DNA from: Candidatus Atribacteria bacterium
GTDB taxonomy: Bacteria; Atribacterota; Phoenicimicrobiia; Phoenicimicrobiales; Stramentimicrobiaceae
Direction: 5' to 3'
DNA length: 64,000 nt
NCBI GenBank assembly: GCA_029556475.1
Contig: JAKQEP010000054.1
Location: 19,898-83,897 of the forward strand
Shown: one piece after another, positions 59,839-64,000 of the stretch
How the letters are laid out: each line of letters starts with the position of its first letter
Position numbering within the stretch: position 1 is the stretch's first letter
The notes under the pieces: model-generated
Database searches by the model: none
What the model was told of the DNA's origin: nothing
What the model saw: only the letters and a program-made list of their open reading frames with translations
Position numbers and translations under genes: made by a program

Positions 59839-60879
59839 ATGTCCGATAAGAAAAAATTAATGCAGTTAGTTTCTGCTGCCGGCTGAGCGGCAAAATTAGG
59901 TTATGAGGACCTCGGTGAGGTTCTAAAAAAACTTAACCATATTTATGATATTAATTTATTGAGTAGTTTCGAGCATAATGAAGATGCAGCAGTTTATCGT
60001 ATAAATAGTGGTATGGCAGTTGTTTTTACAACAGATTTTATCACTCCCATTGTGGATGACCCCTTCACCTTTGGACAGATTGCCGCTGCCAATGCTCTGA
60101 GCGATGTCTTTGCCATGGGAGGGAAGCCTCTTTTGGCTTTAAATATTGTTTGTTTCCCTGCTGACAGATTAAATGAGCTGGAAGAAATGATTAAAGGCGG
60201 ATGGGAAAGGGTTAAAGAAGCCGGGGCAATTGTGGTGGGAGGTCATAGCATAAAAGACCGTGAGCCAAAATATGGCCTGGCAGTTCTGGGCCTAGTTCGT
60301 CCTGACAAAATAATAAGAAACAATAACTGCCGGGAAGGGGATAGCTTAATCCTGACAAAGCCCCTGGGAACCGGAGTAATTTCTACTGCCCTGAAGGCTG
60401 CTGAGATAAACATATCAGAAGCAAAGGAAGCAGTCAGATGGATGATCAAGCTCAATAATATTTCTGAACATATTTTAAATTTGTCCATTAATAGTATGAC
60501 TGATATTACCGGATTCGGTTTTCTGGGACATCTCAGTGAAATGTTAAAGGATAGTGAGCTTGGTGCTGATATTGAGATAAGTGAAGTTCCGCTCTTAGAG
60601 AAGGCGTTATATCTTTCTGAGAAAAATATCGTTCCCGGAGGCAGTCTGTTAAATCAAAAATTCTTTTCTTGTTTAGTGGAAAAAAAGATAAACCTTGATT
60701 TTGCAAAAGAAATATTATTCTATGATGCTCAGACTTCCGGTGGACTTCTCATCTCAATCAGGGAGAGAGATTGCGAATATTTGTTAGAATTATTGAAAAG
60801 AGAAGGATTTAGTGAGAGCAGAGTAGTGGGTAATATCAGAAAGAATGGGGCAAATGATAAAAAAATAAGACTGGTCTAA
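59839..60879 (+). CDS. selD: selenide, water dikinase (selenophosphate synthetase), itself a selenoprotein; Sec encoded by TGA at 59884-59886
   Basis: GGGAGG RBS, ATG at 59839. MSDKKKLMQLVSAAG-U-AAKLGYEDL is in frame with track ORF 59959-60879. U aligns with the catalytic Cys of GAGCGCK, and the Lys is retained. Confidence 0.9.
59906..59924 (+). promoter_or_regulatory. putative SECIS hairpin of selD mRNA
   Basis: AGGACCU-CGGUG-AGGUUCU (7 bp including one G-U) starting 22 nt after the U of UGA. Confidence 0.55.
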
Positions 60880-60961
60880 AATTTATTAGGCAGTCCCCCT
60901 AAAATATGATATAAAATTGTTCTTTATATTAAATCTGTTAAAGAAAGAGGTTGAAGTAATA

Positions 60962-62026
60962 ATGCCTAAGAAGAGGTTTATAATAATAGTATTCACCATT
61001 CTATCTATCTTTTTGGTAGTCGGTTTCCTGGTCAACAAGATGAGTAACCGATATTCTGGTCCGCCAGTATTAGCCGTTTCAGAGGAGATTGGAGATTTAG
61101 GAAATATAAATCCTGACAAACAACAGAGCCATATATTTACCTTAAAGAATGAGGGGGGAGAACTCCTTATTATTGAGAGGATACAGGCTCCCTGTAGCTG
61201 TACTGCAACTGTGCTGGAAGATGAAAAGCTTTTACCTGGAAAAACAACTCAGTTAGAGGTTACCTTTAACCCCAGGGGGTATGAAGGCGAAATAACCCAG
61301 TCGGTATATATTTATAGTAATGACCCGGAAAATTCCCGCAAGAGAATTGCTATCAAAGCCAATATTGAGCATTCCCCTTCCCCCAAAATTGCTCTATCTA
61401 CCAGTAGGTGGAATCTGGGGCTGCTTTCCAACGGCGATAATTCTGCATTTCAGGTAACCTTATCCAATAATGGCGATTTAGTTTTAGAAATTGAAAATAT
61501 TGTTCTTCCCAATGAAGTACACTATAGCCAGGAAACGCCTGAATTTCCAATTCAGTTAGCTCCCGATGAAGCAAGAGAACTTAGTTTTATTTATGATTCC
61601 AGTAATCAGGAAATAGGCGTGGTAACAGAATACATTCGTTTGGTAACAAATGACCCTAATAAGAAAAATATTACTTTACGTATTGAGGGTTATATAAAAG
61701 AAAAAGAAGAGACCATCTCTATTTTACCCTTAGACAAATTCATCTTAACTGGAGAATTGGGAAAACAGACATATCAAGCCAAATTATTGATAAAGAATAA
61801 TAGTGATAAGAAATGGAAGCAAATTTCTCTGATGCCTTCCCAGGATTATATTACCCTGAATTATGAAGAAATCAATCTATCTCCCCGGGAGGAAAAAGAG
61901 ATAGTTGTCACTATAAAACAGCAAGATTTTGCTGATATTGATATTAAGGAAGAAGTTCAGGAATATATATATATTAAGATACCAATACCGGTGAATATTG
62001 TTATTGACAACCCTGAACAGTTTTAA
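60962..62026 (+). CDS. DUF1573-domain protein (tandem beta-sandwich repeats), N-terminal TM anchor
   Basis: ATG at 60962. FTLKNEGGELLIIERIQAPCSCT is the DUF1573 signature as I recall it. Confidence 0.6.
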   Translation: MPKKRFIIIVFTILSIFLVVGFLVNKMSNRYSGPPVLAVSEEIGDLGNINPDKQQSHIFTLKNEGGELLIIERIQAPCSCTATVLEDEKLLPGKTTQLEVTFNPRGYEGEITQSVYIYSNDPENSRKRIAIKANIEHSPSPKIALSTSRWNLGLLSNGDNSAFQVTLSNNGDLVLEIENIVLPNEVHYSQETPEFPIQLAPDEARELSFIYDSSNQEIGVVTEYIRLVTNDPNKKNITLRIEGYIKEKEETISILPLDKFILTGELGKQTYQAKLLIKNNSDKKWKQISLMPSQDYITLNYEEINLSPREEKEIVVTIKQQDFADIDIKEEVQEYIYIKIPIPVNIVIDNPEQF

Positions 62027-62064
62027 CAGAGCAAAGAATCAAAAAAGAGTTCAAAGAGAGCAAG

Positions 62065-62862
62065 ATGTTAAATCCATTACTCTTATGGCGCAAGATTCTT
62101 ATGCAATGGATATTTCCACCTGGAATTATAATTATTGCCATTTTGCTTCTCTACTTTCTGTTAATCCTTCGAAAGAAGAAGGCAGCCACCATTTTCTTGA
62201 TATTTATAGTCTCCCTTTTATTTATATTTGGTTCCTGGTTTGGGGAATACCTCTTTTTAAGACCATTGGAAGAGAAATTTATCCTTGATTCAGATTTATC
62301 CGGAGAAAATATAAGCCTTAAACAACCGATAATTGTAGTTTTATCTGGAGATTCATCCTCTGGAAGTCTTTTAACTGATGAATGTGTATCTGAGGTAGGA
62401 GAGATTACCCTGGCACGGTTGGTGGGAGCATACCTTCTTTATAAGAAAATAGAATGTCCTATTCTGGTTAGTGGAGGGATTATTCCTGGTATTGGTGAGG
62501 TAACACCGGCAGCCAGTATCATGGGAGAGGTATTAATGGAATTGGGAGTACCCGCTGAGAATATTCTCAAGGAAAGCAAATCCAGCACTACCTTGGAAAA
62601 TGCTGAATTTACTTTAAATATACTTACCAGGTTACCTTTTCAGGAAGTTATTCTGGTAACCAGTGCTGTACATATGCCCAGGGCAATGCTGGCTTTTCAA
62701 AATGATGTTGTGACAATTTTACCTGCTCCGGTAAATTTTTTGTATGAAGATAAATCGCCTGGTGTTTTAGATATTTTTCCTAACCGGAGTTCCTGGGAAC
62801 ACAACTTAAGAGCGATACATGAATGGATAGGATTAATTTACTATAAAATAATCAAGAGATAG
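62065..62862 (+). CDS. YdcF/ElyC-like DUF218 protein with two N-terminal TM helices
   Basis: 265 aa. IIVVLSGD, LVSGG, TTLENAEF and LVTSAVHMPRA motifs. Confidence 0.7.
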   Translation: MLNPLLLWRKILMQWIFPPGIIIIAILLLYFLLILRKKKAATIFLIFIVSLLFIFGSWFGEYLFLRPLEEKFILDSDLSGENISLKQPIIVVLSGDSSSGSLLTDECVSEVGEITLARLVGAYLLYKKIECPILVSGGIIPGIGEVTPAASIMGEVLMELGVPAENILKESKSSTTLENAEFTLNILTRLPFQEVILVTSAVHMPRAMLAFQNDVVTILPAPVNFLYEDKSPGVLDIFPNRSSWEHNLRAIHEWIGLIYYKIIKR

Positions 62863-62864
62863 CA

Positions 62865-63060
62865 TATCAGAATCAGTCGTTGGTATTTAGTATTTAGTTT
62901 TAAAATGTAAAGAAAAAGAGTGTGGGCGATAGAGCATGTGATTGCCGCGTCGCTTTGCTCCTCCCAATGACAGAGTGGAGGAGCTCCTCATGATGACAAA
63001 TTTGTCGTACTTTTTGTGTCGTGCATTTATATCAGTGATTGTCGTTGGTTTTAATAAGTT
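62865..63060 (+). repeat. composite intergenic repeat: L3 copy of the GTGTGGG...ATTGCC...CAATGACAGAG element (core 62920-62975) flanked by GTCGTTGGT-containing imperfect direct repeats
   Basis: 62876-62899 matches 35437-35460 at 23 of 24 positions. GTCGTTGGT recurs at 63041-63049. Internal stem CTCCTCC/GGAGGAG and palindrome GAGGAGCTCCTC. Confidence 0.65.
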
Positions 63061-63358
63061 TTTGGATTATAGTTTTTAGTCAGAGAAAAGAGAGTTTCTT
63101 TTTTATCTATTTTTTGTTAATCTTCACTGATTACTGATTATTAATCATTCATTACAATTTTATGTGGGTTGCAGATGATGAGATTTTCACATCGCTTCGC
63201 TTCTTATTGCCCTTGCTAATTTCTGAATAAAATATATCACAGGCTGAATTTTTTTGACCAAAACTGGTATTTTTGCTATAAAATAGTAACATAATCTGAA
63301 TTAATATTATTATTTAAGGGCGACATTTTGTAAATTATAAAAAAGGAGGTTTTTTATT

Positions 63359-63547
63359 ATGCCCATTTTACAGATAGAGATATTGAAAGGCAGGACAGTG
63401 GAACAAAAAAGAGAGATGGCAAGACGAGTTACAGAAGCTGTATCTGAAACTCTTAATTGTCCGAAAGAGGCAGTAAGCATTATTATCAGAGAGATGGAAA
63501 CAGAAAATTTTGCCAAAGCTGGCAAATTGAGAGTTGATGTCCAATAA
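63359..63547 (+). CDS. 4-oxalocrotonate tautomerase-family enzyme
   Basis: 62 aa. MPILQIEILKGRTVEQKREMARRVTEAV with catalytic Pro-1 context. aaaggagg RBS. Confidence 0.75.
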   Translation: MPILQIEILKGRTVEQKREMARRVTEAVSETLNCPKEAVSIIIREMETENFAKAGKLRVDVQ

Positions 63548-63621
63548 TAACAATTTTTCAACTCCACCTGTTCAGGGAGGGTAATATATCTACTTATAAT
63601 AATTAAAGGAGATATAAAAAT

Positions 63622-64000
63622 ATCAGGTTTATTAATGAGTTAATTGCTATTTTCAATAATAAAATAATAATAATTGCCTTTTTTACCTGGATTGCTAATC
63701 AGTCTATCAAATTAATCTTGTTTTATATTACAGAAAAAAAATGGGATTCAAGCAGGTTTTTTGGAGCAGGAGGAATGCCCAGCACTCATTCTGCCCTTTC
63801 AATGAGTGTGGCGGTTTCTATTGGTTATAGAGAGGGCTGGGATTCTCCCCTGTTTGCTTTAGCGAGTGTATTTACTATTGTAGTTATGGCAGATGCGGCT
63901 GGGGTAAGGAGGGCAACGGGGGAGCAGGCTAAGGTGCTAAACAAGCTTATGCTGATATTTTTTAAGGAAAATAGAGTGAAGAGCGAGCGTATGCAAGAAT
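63622..64000 (+). CDS. divergent PAP2 / DUF212 (YuiD-like) membrane protein, 3' end outside the window, start codon uncertain
   Basis: The frame is open from 63607 to the window end. FFGAGGMPSTHSA and ADAAGVRRATGEQAKVLNKL motifs. No ATG or GTG lies upstream of the conserved first helix; candidates are ATC 63622 and ATT 63631. Confidence 0.6.
   Translation, partial: MRFINELIAIFNNKIIIIAFFTWIANQSIKLILFYITEKKWDSSRFFGAGGMPSTHSALSMSVAVSIGYREGWDSPLFALASVFTIVVMADAAGVRRATGEQAKVLNKLMLIFFKENRVKSERMQE

Noticed and set aside
61998-62288. 96-aa ORF overlapping the end of the DUF1573 gene and the start of the DUF218 gene
   Set aside because: It is out of frame with two well-supported genes and has no RBS or motif.
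523-63567. The many 60-126 aa antisense or overlapping ORFs in the track (for example 523-795, 4846-5124, 8889-9248, 26556-26936, 27102-27473, 52770-53093)
   Set aside because: They lie inside longer ORFs that carry clear family motifs, lack RBSs and have low-complexity translations typical of AT-rich antisense frames.
1-64000. Global reassignment of TGA (for example to Trp or Gly) as the explanation for the in-frame TGAs
   Set aside because: Many well-supported genes terminate at TGA (selA at 57910-57912, and 36610-36612). The four internal TGAs all sit at conserved Cys positions with downstream hairpins, and a Sec machinery is encoded, so Sec recoding fits better.

Overview
AT-rich, gene-dense bacterial chromosome segment, probably from an anaerobe (rubrerythrin, 2-oxoacid:ferredoxin oxidoreductase, selenoproteins). 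Layout: 1-7.2 kb holds the ilvB(partial)-ilvN-leuA-cimA-leuC-leuD-leuB operon. 7.4-21.1 kb is an accessory block: a DUF2769/FAD-dehydrogenase/dodecin operon, hemolysin-III, TetR, a run of intramembrane proteases and hydrolases, an M20 amidohydrolase and a nitrilase. Inverted copies of a 32-nt palindromic element bracket this block. 21-32 kb carries mixed accessory genes: an orphan MNT nucleotidyltransferase, a GNAT, two head-to-head selenoprotein genes, an LRR lipoprotein, an MgtA-like ATPase and a MazEF-like TA pair. It also has a tryptophanase-family gene lying between a B3/4-domain gene and a 336-bp duplicate of that gene's 3' end. 32-36 kb has a cobalamin-riboswitch-controlled BtuFCD-like importer and cobO. 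36-47 kb has redox and housekeeping genes. 47.4-53.8 kb is addB-addA. 53.9-60.9 kb has a HesB-like selenoprotein gene, two paralogous Ig-like surface proteins, tRNA-Sec, selA, selB and selD. Main result of the hunt: the window encodes a complete selenocysteine-decoding apparatus plus four genes with an in-frame TGA (peroxiredoxin, ArsC/Spx-family, HesB/IscA-like, SelD). Each TGA is followed 18-22 nt downstream by a 6-7 bp hairpin with a G-rich 5-nt loop. The supplied ORF track truncates three of these genes and misses the fourth. Several families of dispersed intergenic repeats are not explained by genes. I recognised no CRISPR array, rRNA, transposase or integrase. All calls come from reading the sequence and remembered family motifs; no database search was run.
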